A stretch of DNA of 60,133 nucleotides, the filler included. It is 9 parts of 9 records of this genome, joined end to end, with 100 filler letters (N's around TTAATTAATTAA, not from the genome) between each part and the next. Parts side by side here need not be neighbours in the genome. Positions count along the whole stretch, not along the records: positions 1 to 6,545 come from SRR31147125_44731; positions 6,646 to 15,779 come from SRR31147125_44848; 7 more parts are not named here. One strand, written 5' to 3'. Position numbers and translations under genes: made by a program. A model generated the notes under the pieces. It searched no databases. It was given only the letters and a program-made list of their open reading frames with translations, and was not told where the DNA came from. Shown in pieces: positions 1 through 10,855 of the stretch. How positions within the stretch are numbered: the first letter of the stretch is position 1; each line of letters opens with the position of its first letter.

Positions 1-1967
1 TTTTTAGCGTTATCCCATGCACCACCAGCGTTAGCTGTAAATAGTGCAAGCATAATACCAGAAAGAGTTGTTCCAATTAGTAGTCCGCCAACAAACTCAG
101 CACCAAATATAAATCCGCAGATTAGTGGTGTTAAGATAGCGATTAAAGCCGGAACTTTCATCTCTTTTAACGCACCAGCAGAAGAGATTTCGATACACTC
201 TTTGTAGTTTGGCTTTTCTTCACCAGTCATGATTCCTGGGAACTGAGCAAATTGTCTTCTAACTTCTCTAACCATTGATCTTGCAGCCATAGAAACAGCA
301 TCGATTAAGATGCCAGAGAAGAAGAAAGGAATAGCAGCACCAACAGCAGCACCTGCAAGTGTTAGTGGTTGCATAACATTTAAAACAAGTTCTATGTGTC
401 CGCCACCATCAGCTGGAACTTGTGAGTGTAGGTAAGATGCTAAAAGTGATAGAGCAGCCAAAGCAGCAGAACCGATAGCAAAACCTTTACCGATAGCAGC
501 AGTTGTATTACCAACTGAGTCTAGTTTATCTGTAATTTCACGAACTTCAGGATCAAGCTTTGCCATTTCACTTATTCCACCAGCGTTATCAGCTATTGGA
601 CCATAAGTGTCAACTGCAACTGTTGCAGCAACAAATGAAAGCATACCGATAGCAGCCATTGTAACACCATAGATACCAGCAAGAGAGTGAGAAATTATGA
701 TTGAAGCTGCAAGTATCATTACAGGAAATAGTGTAGATTTCATTCCAACACCAAGTCCTTCTGTGATTGTAAGGGCAGTACCTTCTATTGAAGATTTAGC
801 GATTCTCTTTGTTGGCAAAAAGTCATAGCTTGTGTAATATTCGGCAATAGCACCAATTGCGATACCAGATACGATACCAAGTACTGCAGAAAGCCAAGGT
901 GAAAGAGCACCGATAACAAAGCCAGCAGCTTTAAGTTCTTCAAGTGAAGAGCCGCTAAAGTATATCCATGTGAAAATACCAGTAGAAATAATTGTTAGGA
1001 TAGCAGCAGTCCATGTAGAGATGTTAAGCTCTTTATGAGGTTGGTCTGAAACTTTTTTAAAGATAAGGTATAGGATACCAACAACGCAAGATACAAGACC
1101 AAGACATACAAACATGATAGGATAAGAAATCATTTTTGGTAGCAATTCTGCTGTAAAGTGATCTGGCTCGATTATAAAGTTGTAACATGAAAGAGCGATA
1201 CAAGCAACGATTGCACCAACGAAAGATTCCAATAAGTCAGAACCAAGTCCAGCAACGTCACCAACGTTATCACCAACGTTATCTGCTATTGTAGCAGGGT
1301 TTCTTGGATCATCTTCTGGAATACCAGCTTCTGTTTTACCAACAAGGTCAGCACCCATATCAGCAGCTTTTGTATAAATACCACCACCAACACGGTTAAA
1401 CATAGCTATTAATGAACAACCAAGAGCATAACCCGAAACTGTCATAGCAAAAGGAATAAATCCAATTCCGATCCAGTTTTCAGTAACAACGATGTTTTCA
1501 ACCGCCATTTGTTTCATGCCAAGACCAAATACTAGATATACGATTCCAAGACCTAAAATAGCAAAAGCACCTACACAAAGACCCATTACAGATCCGCCTT
1601 GGAAAGCAACTTTTAAAGTTGCACCCAAACTTTTAGTTTGTCTAGCTTCATTCGAAACACGAACGTTAGAAATAGTTGCAATCTTCATACCTACATACCC
1701 AGCAGTTGCACTCATAATAGCTCCTATTATAAAAGCAACACCAACATACCAAGATACAACTAAACATAGTAATGCAAATACTGCAATCGCAACCAAAGTA
1801 ATAATTTTATACTCATGGGATATAAAAGCAGTTGCACCTTCGGAAATAGCATCAGCTATCTCCTTCATTTCATCTGTACCAGCATCACGCTTTTTAACAC
1901 TAAAGTAGTTATAAATAGCTACTAAAAATGCTACTGCTACAGCAATAAAAATAAAAATTGTTAACAT
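1..1967 (-). CDS. hppA: Membrane-bound K+-dependent (probably Na+-pumping) pyrophosphatase, 3'-partial; absent from the ORF track
   Basis: Manual translation of the minus strand from ATG 1967 (RBS AGGAGG) gives MLTIFIFIAVAV...DNVGDNVGDVAGLGSDLLESFVGA...DSVGNTTAAIGKGF...ANAGGAWDNAKK. These are mPPase motifs, and GNxxAA is the K+-dependent signature. Confidence 0.96.
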   Translation of the reverse strand, partial: MLTIFIFIAVAVAFLVAIYNYFSVKKRDAGTDEMKEIADAISEGATAFISHEYKIITLVAIAVFALLCLVVSWYVGVAFIIGAIMSATAGYVGMKIATISNVRVSNEARQTKSLGATLKVAFQGGSVMGLCVGAFAILGLGIVYLVFGLGMKQMAVENIVVTENWIGIGFIPFAMTVSGYALGCSLIAMFNRVGGGIYTKAADMGADLVGKTEAGIPEDDPRNPATIADNVGDNVGDVAGLGSDLLESFVGAIVACIALSCYNFIIEPDHFTAELLPKMISYPIMFVCLGLVSCVVGILYLIFKKVSDQPHKELNISTWTAAILTIISTGIFTWIYFSGSSLEELKAAGFVIGALSPWLSAVLGIVSGIAIGAIAEYYTSYDFLPTKRIAKSSIEGTALTITEGLGVGMKSTLFPVMILAASIIISHSLAGIYGVTMAAIGMLSFVAATVAVDTYGPIADNAGGISEMAKLDPEVREITDKLDSVGNTTAAIGKGFAIGSAALAALSLLASYLHSQVPADGGGHIELVLNVMQPLTLAGAAVGAAIPFFFSGILIDAVSMAARSMVREVRRQFAQFPGIMTGEEKPNYKECIEISSAGALKEMKVPALIAILTPLICGFIFGAEFVGGLLIGTTLSGIMLALFTANAGGAWDNAK

Positions 1968-2253
1968 AATTCCTCCTGTAAAAATAAAAATCGCTTTGTG
2001 TCCAATTATATAAAAATTTAGAATGCAAATCAACATAAAATGCGATAAATTTTTATAAATATTTTACAATTTATTAAAATTTACAATTAAAAAAAGGAGT
2101 TATGCATATTTATGGTGGTTTTATGTGTTTATTTACAGAACAAAAACCATCATTTAAGTAGCAATACATAACAATGGTACTTTATTACCATTATATAATG
2201 TGCAATATAAGATGCATATTTTGCAAAATAACAATAAAATTAACGCGAATTCT

Positions 2254-2282
2254 TTGACAACGATGTTTGAATTTATTAATAT
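2254..2282 (+). promoter_or_regulatory. Putative sigma70/SigA promoter for the antiporter gene
   Basis: TTGACA (2254-2259), 17-nt spacer, TAATAT (2277-2282). Confidence 0.55.
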
Positions 2283-2323
2283 TAAAAAAACGTTTTAAAA
2301 TATTACTTTTTGGAGGAAAAAAT

Positions 2324-3505
2324 ATGCTTTTTAGTTTAGCTATTATTTTTCTTGTGGGTCTATTGCTTTCAAGATTTTTTGAAAAGCTGAAAATTCCAGG
2401 TCTAGTAGGATATATATTAGCGGGGATACTTTTAGGACCATTTGTTTTGAATATAATTTCATCTGAGGTATTGGATATATCAAGTCAGCTTAGAAAAATT
2501 GCCCTTATAGTGATTTTATTAAAAGCGGGGCTTACATTAGATATAGAGGATTTAAAAAAGGTAGGAAGACCAGCGATACTTATGAGCTTTGTTCCTGCAT
2601 CAATAGAGATTTTAATAATAACTATTGTTGCACACTTGTTTTTTAAGATATCCTATATAGATGCTGCAATTATGGGTTGTGTTGTTGCGGCAGTTTCTCC
2701 TGCTGTTGTTGTTCCAAGAATGATTGATCTGATAAATAAAAAATATGGAGATAAAAAGAAGATTCCGCATATGGTTTTAGCAGGGGCTAGCGTTGACGAT
2801 ATATATGTAATTATTCTTTTTACAGCTTTTTTAGGCATGGCAGGTGGAGAAGACTTTTCTGCTATGACGCTTTTAAGTGTCCCGATATCAATTGTTAGTG
2901 GATTAGCACTAGGAGCAATTGTGGGTTATTTGCTTATAAAGATATTTGAATTATTTAAATCAAGGGATACGGTAAAGGTCGTCATAATATTCAGTATGTC
3001 GTTTTTAGCAGTATGGTTTGAGGATGTGGTTTCACCATACTTTGCGATATCTGGTCTTTTGGCAGTTATGGCGATTGGTGGAACAATATTAAAGCTAGAA
3101 GGAGACATGGCAAAAAGGCTTATGCCAAAGTTTGCTAAGGTTTGGGTGCCGGCTCAAATATTATTGTTTGTTCTTGTTGGGGCGGCTGTTGATATTACAA
3201 CCATCCCAAATGTAGGCTTGTTAACAGTTTTACTTATATTCTGCGCTTTGACATTTAGGTTAATTGGCGTGTATCTATCATTAATAGCAACACCGCTTAA
3301 CAGTAAAGAAAAGCTGTTTTGCGCTTTTAGCTATATGCCAAAAGCAACAGTGCAAGCTGCGATTGGTGCAATACCTCTTAGTATGGGGCTAGAAAGCGGT
3401 AATCTAATTCTATCTGTTGCAGTTCTTTCTATTATAATAACTGCACCGCTTGGTGCTGCGCTTATAGATAATACTTATAAGGTTCTTTTAAACCATGATG
3501 TGTAG
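2324..3505 (+). CDS. Cation:proton antiporter (Na_H_Exchanger, NHA/NapA-like)
   Basis: About 12 hydrophobic segments; motifs AAVSPAVVVP, GASVDD, PKATVQAAIG; start moved to ATG 2324 after GGAGG. Confidence 0.88.
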   Translation: MLFSLAIIFLVGLLLSRFFEKLKIPGLVGYILAGILLGPFVLNIISSEVLDISSQLRKIALIVILLKAGLTLDIEDLKKVGRPAILMSFVPASIEILIITIVAHLFFKISYIDAAIMGCVVAAVSPAVVVPRMIDLINKKYGDKKKIPHMVLAGASVDDIYVIILFTAFLGMAGGEDFSAMTLLSVPISIVSGLALGAIVGYLLIKIFELFKSRDTVKVVIIFSMSFLAVWFEDVVSPYFAISGLLAVMAIGGTILKLEGDMAKRLMPKFAKVWVPAQILLFVLVGAAVDITTIPNVGLLTVLLIFCALTFRLIGVYLSLIATPLNSKEKLFCAFSYMPKATVQAAIGAIPLSMGLESGNLILSVAVLSIIITAPLGAALIDNTYKVLLNHDV

Positions 3506-3658
3506 GAGTGCAGATAGCAGAGGATTAATGAAGTTCTTTCATTCTCTTTTATCCAAATCTAATCTATATAACTACAAAAAGAATTATATGGTAACAATAA
3601 AACAGATACAGTTATAATGATTGGAATTAGGCTTAAAAGCATTTAAGTTATTTAACCC

Positions 3659-3686
3659 TTGAAAACTTTAATATTATTGATATAAT
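3659..3686 (+). promoter_or_regulatory. Putative SigA promoter of the pfk gene
   Basis: TTGAAA (3659-3664), 16-nt spacer, extended TGnTATAAT (-10 at 3681-3686). Confidence 0.6.
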
Positions 3687-3772
3687 GCTATTAGTATATA
3701 GAAACTTTCGAGACTATATTTAAGCAATTTTGCTAAATTAAAATAATATTTACCTATTTAGGAGGAAAAAGT

Positions 3773-5017
3773 ATGAAGAATTTAAAAGGCGCTTGTATTT
3801 TTGGTCAATCAGGCGGACCTACATCTGTTATCAACTCTAGTGCTGCTGGTGTTTTTACAGAGGCTTTGAAACAAGATTTAATCACAGAGGTTTATGGTGC
3901 GGCTCATGGTATTAAAGGTATGTTAGAAGAAAACTTTTATGATATGAGTAAAGAAGACGCAGAAACTTTTGAGCTATTAAAGACAACACCATCATCAGCT
4001 CTAGGTTCAGTTAGATATAAACTAGCTAATGCTGACGTTGATGATACTGATTATAAGAGATTGGTAGAAGTATTTGAAAAGTATAACATCAGATATTTCT
4101 TCTATAACGGCGGAAACGATTCAATGGACACATGCAATAAGATTTCAAAATATTTGCAAAAAGTTGGTTACGAATGTAACGTTATGGGTGTTCCAAAAAC
4201 TATCGATAATGATTTATTTGGAACAGACCACTGTCCTGGTTTTGCTTCTGCTGCTAAATACGTTGCAACTTCTACTATGGAAGTTTACCACGATGCAAGA
4301 GTATATGACACAGGCACAATTACAATTTTAGAAGTTATGGGAAGAAACGCAGGGTGGCTTACTGCTGCTACAGCTCTTGCTGCTGATAAAGGTAAAGGTC
4401 CAGATCTAATTTATCTTCCTGAAAAAGACTTTGATATGGATGAGTTTTTAAACACAGTTGAAGATTTATATAAGAAAAACACTCATGTTATCGTTGCTGT
4501 TTCTGAAGGGATTCAAGATAAAGACGGAAAATACATTTCAGAATACGGTTCATCACTTTCACAAACAAAAGACTCTTTTGGACATGCTCAATTGGGTGGT
4601 TTAGCTTATACTCTAGCTGATTTTGTTAAAGAAAGAACTGGTGCAAAAGTTCGTGCAATCGAATTTTCACTGCTTCAAAGATGCGGTGCTCACTTGGGAT
4701 CAAGAACTGACATCGAAGAATCTTTCTTGGCTGGACAAACTGCAGTTCAAAAAGCTGTTGAAGGTTACACAGATTATATGGTTGGTTTTGAAAGACCAGA
4801 AGGTGAATATAAAACTACAATTAAACTATTTAAACTAGACGATGTTGCAAACACAGAAAAAACTGTTCCACTTGAGTGGATTAAAGAGGGCAACACAGGC
4901 CTTACACAAGAGTTTATCGATTATGCAACACCATTGATTCAAGGTGATTCACAAATGCCATTCGAAAATGGTCTACCAGTGTTTGCTAACTTGAAAAAGG
5001 TTTCAGCTAAAAAATAG
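3773..5017 (+). CDS. pfp: 6-phosphofructokinase, PPi-dependent type
   Basis: Motifs GQSGGPTSVIN, GGND, PKTIDND, MGR. Asp in GGxD and Lys in PKTIDND are the PPi-specificity residues. Confidence 0.9.
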   Translation: MKNLKGACIFGQSGGPTSVINSSAAGVFTEALKQDLITEVYGAAHGIKGMLEENFYDMSKEDAETFELLKTTPSSALGSVRYKLANADVDDTDYKRLVEVFEKYNIRYFFYNGGNDSMDTCNKISKYLQKVGYECNVMGVPKTIDNDLFGTDHCPGFASAAKYVATSTMEVYHDARVYDTGTITILEVMGRNAGWLTAATALAADKGKGPDLIYLPEKDFDMDEFLNTVEDLYKKNTHVIVAVSEGIQDKDGKYISEYGSSLSQTKDSFGHAQLGGLAYTLADFVKERTGAKVRAIEFSLLQRCGAHLGSRTDIEESFLAGQTAVQKAVEGYTDYMVGFERPEGEYKTTIKLFKLDDVANTEKTVPLEWIKEGNTGLTQEFIDYATPLIQGDSQMPFENGLPVFANLKKVSAKK

Positions 5018-5046
5018 TAATATATTTTATAAAATTACAATAACTT

Positions 5047-5075
5047 AAGGGCAGAAGTTTTTCTGTCCTTTTTTT
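5047..5075 (+). terminator. Rho-independent terminator after pfk
   Basis: aagggcagaa-gttt-ttctgtcctt followed by a T-run. Confidence 0.8.
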
Positions 5076-5173
5076 ATAGATTTAAAACAGAGTATTGATT
5101 ATAATGGTAAAGTTAGTAAAGAAAATACATATATCTAGATTCAATAAATAATATAGTAGGAAAACGAGAGACC

Positions 5174-5935
5174 ATGAACGAAAATAAAATAACAAAAAGC
5201 AGAATAGAGGATTTAATTGATACAGCTAACAACAGAAGCCTTCCTGTTTACAGTAACTTTTTAGATCCAAATGCTCAATCAATTGCAATAGATGTTTTAA
5301 AATACGCAAAAGGCATCGAGTATGAATTTTTTGGAGGCAATGATTTTTGTGAACGGAGAATTGTTGCTATAAAATCTATCTTTTGTGATAGTCCAATAGA
5401 TAAAAATGAAATAGGTGCTATTAAAATTGAATTTGATAAGTTTTCTAATAAGTGGAATGTGCATAGTAATATCCTAGGTTCTGTTTTAGGTCTTGGGTAC
5501 GATAGAAAAATGATTGGTGACATAACAATATCTGACGAAAATACAAGCTATGTATATGTAGTTAAATCAGCATGCGAACATATAGCTCAAAATCTTATCA
5601 GTGTGGGTAGAGCAAGCGTTAGTGTCTCTGTTGTAGAATTATACGAAGTTGAATTAAATGAGAACAGTGGAGAGTTTAAAGAAAAAACAGTTTCTTCATT
5701 AAGGTTGGATTCTGTTCTGTGTGCGGCGCTGAATTTATCTCGGTCTAAGGCTTTAGAATATATAAAAGCCGAAGTTGTTTTTGTAAACTTTAGTTTAAAA
5801 ACTAAAACAGATTATGCATTAAAGCAAGGCGATGTTGTATCCGTAAGAAAAAAAGGGCGGTTTATTATAGATGAAATTGGCGGTAAGTCTGCTAAAAACA
5901 GAACTTGGGTTAAGCTTAGATGCTTTTTGAAGTGA
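5174..5935 (+). CDS. ylmH: YlmH-family S4-domain RNA-binding protein
   Basis: NFLDP, ILGSVLGLG..R..IGDI and C-terminal S4 motif SLRLDSVL...SRSKA...GDVVSVRKKGR. Confidence 0.9.
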   Translation: MNENKITKSRIEDLIDTANNRSLPVYSNFLDPNAQSIAIDVLKYAKGIEYEFFGGNDFCERRIVAIKSIFCDSPIDKNEIGAIKIEFDKFSNKWNVHSNILGSVLGLGYDRKMIGDITISDENTSYVYVVKSACEHIAQNLISVGRASVSVSVVELYEVELNENSGEFKEKTVSSLRLDSVLCAALNLSRSKALEYIKAEVVFVNFSLKTKTDYALKQGDVVSVRKKGRFIIDEIGGKSAKNRTWVKLRCFLK

Positions 5936-6077
5936 TTATTTAGCTGAATTTGGCTAGAGTTTACAATGTATTAATTTGATTATATATATAATAAGTGATA
6001 AAATTATAACATAATAGGTAACATGTATTAGGTATGGGCAATTTTGCCTTATAAACAAAGGATAAAGGGTGTTTTAT

Positions 6078-6545
6078 ATGAAAAAAATAGTGGTTTGTAC
6101 AACTGTGTTTTTGCTAATATTGAGTATTAGTATTTTTGCGTACGCACAAGATAGTTTTAGTGATAATAAGATAGAGATAATTTGTAAAGCAAGAGTAGAC
6201 AGCGCATCTGTTGGTGATGGAGTTTATTTTGATTTCACTGTAAAAAACATTACAAATGATTATACAGTATTTGTAGAAAGTATTTATGATGTACAAAGTG
6301 GAAAATCTCTTTTCTGTGACGTAGAAATTTTACCAAACAAGCATGATTCAAGCATAGCTTATTTTACAGTGTTTGAGGAACAAAATTTTGATGTTGATTA
6401 TAACTTTGACGTGAATTATTCATATGTTTCGGTTACTGAAGATCATACGCAAAATATAGAGGACGTAAACCTTACAAGCATACTAATAAACACCAGAGAA
6501 ATAGCATTTGTTGCCGTAAGTGACAGCGTAGCAAAAGTTGCTGAC
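6078..6545 (+). CDS. Secreted hypothetical protein, 3'-partial
   Basis: Signal peptide MKKIVVC...AYA; ORF runs into the linker. Confidence 0.6.
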
Positions 6546-6645
6546 NNNNNNNNNNNNNNNNNNNNNNNNNNNNNNNNNNNNNNNNNNNNTTAATTAATTA
6601 ANNNNNNNNNNNNNNNNNNNNNNNNNNNNNNNNNNNNNNNNNNNN
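6546..6645. other. Artificial contig linker
   Basis: 44 N + TTAATTAATTAA (stop codons in all six frames) + 44 N. Confidence 0.99.
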
Positions 6646-6646
6646 A

Positions 6647-9345
6647 AAAAGAAGAGATGTCACTGGTGCTGTATCAATGGTTGATGCAAAAACAATAGAA
6701 AACATTAAACCGGTTAAAGTAGAACAGGCCTTACAAGGAACAACAGCTGGTGTTAATGTAACCACTCAGTCTGGCTCGCCAGGCGCTGATTTGGATATCC
6801 GTATTAGGGGAATTTCTACAAATGGTGATGCTTCACCGGTAGCAATTATTGATGGATACCAAGGAGATCTTAATACATTAAATCCTGATGATATTGAATC
6901 AATAACAGTTTTGAAAGATGCTCAGGCTGCAATTTACGGAACAGTTGGAGCAAATGGTATTATTCTGGTAACAACCAAGTCAGGGAAGAAAAATACAGTT
7001 GCAAAAGTTACTGTGAATAGCTCTGTTGGAATTCAAGAGACTACCAGAAAACTGCCGGTTTTAAATGCAACGGAATATGCAGTTTTATTAAATGAAAGCT
7101 ATGCTGCAACTGGTCAAACACCTCCATTTAGTAATATTTCTAATCTGGGAAAAGGAACAAACTGGCAAGATGAATTATTTACCACAACTCCCATTTATAA
7201 TACGAATGTAAGTGTTAGTGGAGGATCAGATAAAGTTGTTTATGCTTTAAGTGCATCTAACCTTGATCAAAAGGGAATTATTGGTGAAGATAAAACCGGT
7301 TACACAAGAAATACTGCCAAGTTGAGCTTGGGAGCAGACTTGTCTGATTGGGTAAAGTTTAAATCTTCAATTATTTACACCAGTATTGATAGAACAAGTG
7401 TTAATGACAGTGATTTAGGATCGGTTTTGTTTAATGCATTGAATATGCCTTCTACCATGCCGGTTTATGATGATAATGGAGATTTCTTTTTAGCACCGAC
7501 CAGTCTGGGTATTGAAATTATTAATCCTATGGCTCAGATTGCCAATACTTATAACGCTTATGATCTTAGCAAATTCAACGGGAATTTCAGTTTGGATTTT
7601 CAGATTAATAATAAAATTAAAGCGACTACCCGTATAGGTTTTAATACAACAAACAGTAAATCGAAAGATTTTTCAATGATTGTCGATTATGGTGGGAAAG
7701 TATTTGATAAAACAAGAAGCAGCGTATTCCAGGAAAGAGACGACTTTAATGATTATACCTTTGATGCCTTTTTAACCTATGAAGACAGGTTTAATGAGGA
7801 TCATCACTTGATTGCAACACTAGGTACGACAATTTATAAAACCTGGGGAAGTCATTTGGAAGCAACAGGTTTTGATGTCCCCAACAACTCATGGGAATAT
7901 GCAGATATTGGTCTTGCTAATGGCTTAAACACTGCCAAAGCAACAAATTCATGGACCTATGATCAACGAAGGTTATCTTATTTCACCCGCTTACAGTACG
8001 ATTATAAAGGGAAATACCTTGCTTCTGTAATGCTTAGAAGGGATGCTTCAACAAAGTTTGGTCCTGACGATGCAGTAGCATACTTCCCGTCTGCAACAGT
8101 GGGTTGGATTGTTTCTGATGAAGATTTCATGAAAGATATGACAGACATTGATCTTTTGAAATTCCGTATCAGCTATGGTTTGTTGGGATCTGATAAAATT
8201 GAAGATTATCAGTATATCTCACAGTTAAGTGGTGAAGCAGCATACGTTTTTGATGGAATTTTAGAGCAGGGAACTGCTATTGGAGCAAATCCAAACCCTG
8301 GAGTGAAATGGGAAGAATCGGAACAATTTGATGTTGGTTTCGATGCTAAACTTTTTAATAATAAGCTTGATATAAATACAGATTATTTTGTAAAAACTAC
8401 GAATAACCTGCTGATTCAGAATATCCCGGTATCAGGTATTTTAGGAACTGCAGCTCCTGGTGCAGCAGGACCAACAGTTAATGCAGGAACAGTTCGCAAT
8501 AGTGGATTCGAATTTGCAGTAGGTTACCGTGGAAATATTACTAAAGATCTGAATTTTCGGGTAAACTACAACCTGACCACTCTTAAAAATGAGGTGCTGG
8601 AAGTAAACAATGGATCTGGCTTTGTTGAGGGAGGAACGTTCGGTGTTGGGCAACCTTCGCCAGCAAGAATGGAAGTTGGACTGCCTATTGGATATTTCTA
8701 TGGATATGTAACCGATGGTTTATTCCAAAGTCAGGGAGAAGTTGATGCTCATCCTTCACAAACAGCTTTAGGGGCTAAAGCGGCACCTGGTGACATTCGT
8801 TTTGTGGATATAAATAAAGATGGAGTTCTTGATTCTGATGACCGAACCAATATTGGAGATCCTATTCCGGATGTTACCATGGGATTTAATATCACATTGA
8901 ATTACAAAGGATTTGATTTGGCAGCTTATGGATATGCCTCTATCGGAAATGAAATGGTTCGGAACTACGAACGTACTCAACCTAATGTAAATAAATTGAG
9001 CTATAATCTCGATCGTTGGGTTGGGGCAGGAACCAGTAATACAGTTCCTCGTTTAACCACTGCCGCAACCGCAAATACAATTTTCTCTGATTTTTATGTT
9101 GAAGATGCTTCATTCTTAAGAATACAAAATCTACAGTTGGGCTATACTATTCCGTCAAACCTTACAGATAAGGTAGGCATAGATAAACTTCGGGTATATA
9201 CCAGTGTAACGAACTTATACACCTTTACAAATTACACAGGATATGATCCGGCTGCTTCAAATGGCGAGCCTATTGGAGGTGGTTTTGATTTGGGATTCTA
9301 TCCCCCTGCGAGAACATATACTTTAGGTTTAAACCTTAACTTTAA
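6647..9345 (+). CDS. susC: SusC/RagA TonB-dependent transporter, 5'-partial; stop codon probably lost to a 1-nt indel
   Basis: Plug motif DIESITVLKDA-AAIYG-GANGIILVTTK and a beta-barrel ending LGLNLNF; TTTAAA at 9341 probably represents TTT TAA. Confidence 0.95.
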
Positions 9346-9356
9346 AAAGCAGAGAC

Positions 9357-10841
9357 ATGAAAAAAATTATTATAAATAAAAAGATATTACTGCTACTTAT
9401 AGCATTTACAACGACTGTTTTTTCTTGTTCTGATAGTTTTGTTGAAGTATCTCCGGAGTATTCTATTGATTCCGAAAACTACTTTAATTCTTCAGAAGAT
9501 TATTACAATGCACTCATTTCTGCTTATGATTTATTGCAAACAACTTATGCAAATGCTATCGTAGGAGAGTTTGCTTCGGATAATACCTTGTGTGGTGGTG
9601 AAAATCCAACTGATGTTGTTGGCTGGCAGCAGATTGATGACATGATACACACACCTGTAAACAGTAATTTACGAGATATTTGGAATTGGATGTCTGCTGG
9701 GGTACAACGCACAAACTATTTCATGGAATTTAAGGATAACATTGACTTTGATGGAAAAATTGGGATGGTTGGAGAGATTCAATTTTTGAGAGCCTATTAT
9801 CATTTCGAATTAGTAAAATGGTTTGGAGCGATTCCTTTAAAGGTTAATGAACGGTATAAATTGGGTGACGAAAGCTCTATTCCTCGTTCACCGGTTTCAG
9901 AGGTTTATGCCCAGATTGAAGCAGATTTATTAGCTGCAATTGAAGCACTCCCTGTTATTCCGGAACAAGAAGGCAGGGTAACAAAAGGTGCAGCCCAGGC
10001 ATTACTTGGCAAAGCATATCTGTTTCAAGAAAAATTTAGCGAATCGGCTTCAGTATTGGAGAACGTAATTAATTCAGGTACTTATTCTTTGGTTGAAGAC
10101 TACAATGAAATTTTTGAGATGCAAGGAGAGAATGGAGCAGAATCAGTTTTTGAGGTACAATATACTGATGTAGAAGGAGCAGGTTTTGATTGCTTACAAT
10201 GTAGTGAAGGAAATGTGGCTGTTGGGTTTAGCGGAGTTCGCGGATATGTAGGACCACTATTTACTCCTGGTTTTAGTTTCAATATTCCAACACAGGAAGC
10301 TGTTGATCAGTTTGAGCCTGGTGACTTAAGAAAAGATGTAGCTATTTTGGACATTGTTGCCTGGGCTGATGAGCAAGGAGCTGAGTACACTACAGGGAAT
10401 GAGCACACAGGGTACTACAACAGGAAGTATCTTCCCAGGAAAAGAAGTGCAAATGCAGAAGGTGATTTAAACCTTACTAATCCAAATAACTACCGTGCAA
10501 TTAGGTATGCCGATGTATTGCTAATGGCTGCAGAAGCGAATAACCGTGGTGGTATTTCCGACAGCAAAGCACAGGAGTATCTTTCGCAAGTACGTCGTAG
10601 AGCATTTGGCGATAATAACCATGATGTTACGCTTACTGGTGCTGCATTAACCGATGTGATTTATCATGAGCGTAGGGTTGAGCTTATGGGTGAAGGGCAT
10701 CACTTTTTTGACTTGGTTAGAACTGGCAGAGCAGCAAATGAAATTGAAGGTTTCGTTGCAGGGAAACATGAAGTGTTCCCGGTTCCTTTGGAGGAAATTC
10801 AATTCTCGAACGGAAACTGGACTCAAAACCCTAATTATTAA
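9357..10841 (+). CDS. susD: SusD/RagB glycan-binding lipoprotein
   Basis: Lipobox FSC; motifs FLRAYYHFELV, RYADVLLMAAEA, ERRVEL.GEG; C-terminal QNPNY. Confidence 0.95.
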   Translation: MKKIIINKKILLLLIAFTTTVFSCSDSFVEVSPEYSIDSENYFNSSEDYYNALISAYDLLQTTYANAIVGEFASDNTLCGGENPTDVVGWQQIDDMIHTPVNSNLRDIWNWMSAGVQRTNYFMEFKDNIDFDGKIGMVGEIQFLRAYYHFELVKWFGAIPLKVNERYKLGDESSIPRSPVSEVYAQIEADLLAAIEALPVIPEQEGRVTKGAAQALLGKAYLFQEKFSESASVLENVINSGTYSLVEDYNEIFEMQGENGAESVFEVQYTDVEGAGFDCLQCSEGNVAVGFSGVRGYVGPLFTPGFSFNIPTQEAVDQFEPGDLRKDVAILDIVAWADEQGAEYTTGNEHTGYYNRKYLPRKRSANAEGDLNLTNPNNYRAIRYADVLLMAAEANNRGGISDSKAQEYLSQVRRRAFGDNNHDVTLTGAALTDVIYHERRVELMGEGHHFFDLVRTGRAANEIEGFVAGKHEVFPVPLEEIQFSNGNWTQNPNY

Positions 10842-10855
10842 TAAAACCGATCGAT

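Noticed and set aside
1492-1908. 138-aa plus-strand ORF
   Set aside because: Antisense shadow of hppA
1968-2323. Riboswitch (for example fluoride or Na+) between hppA and the antiporter
   Set aside because: No recognisable aptamer consensus; only AT-rich promoter sequence
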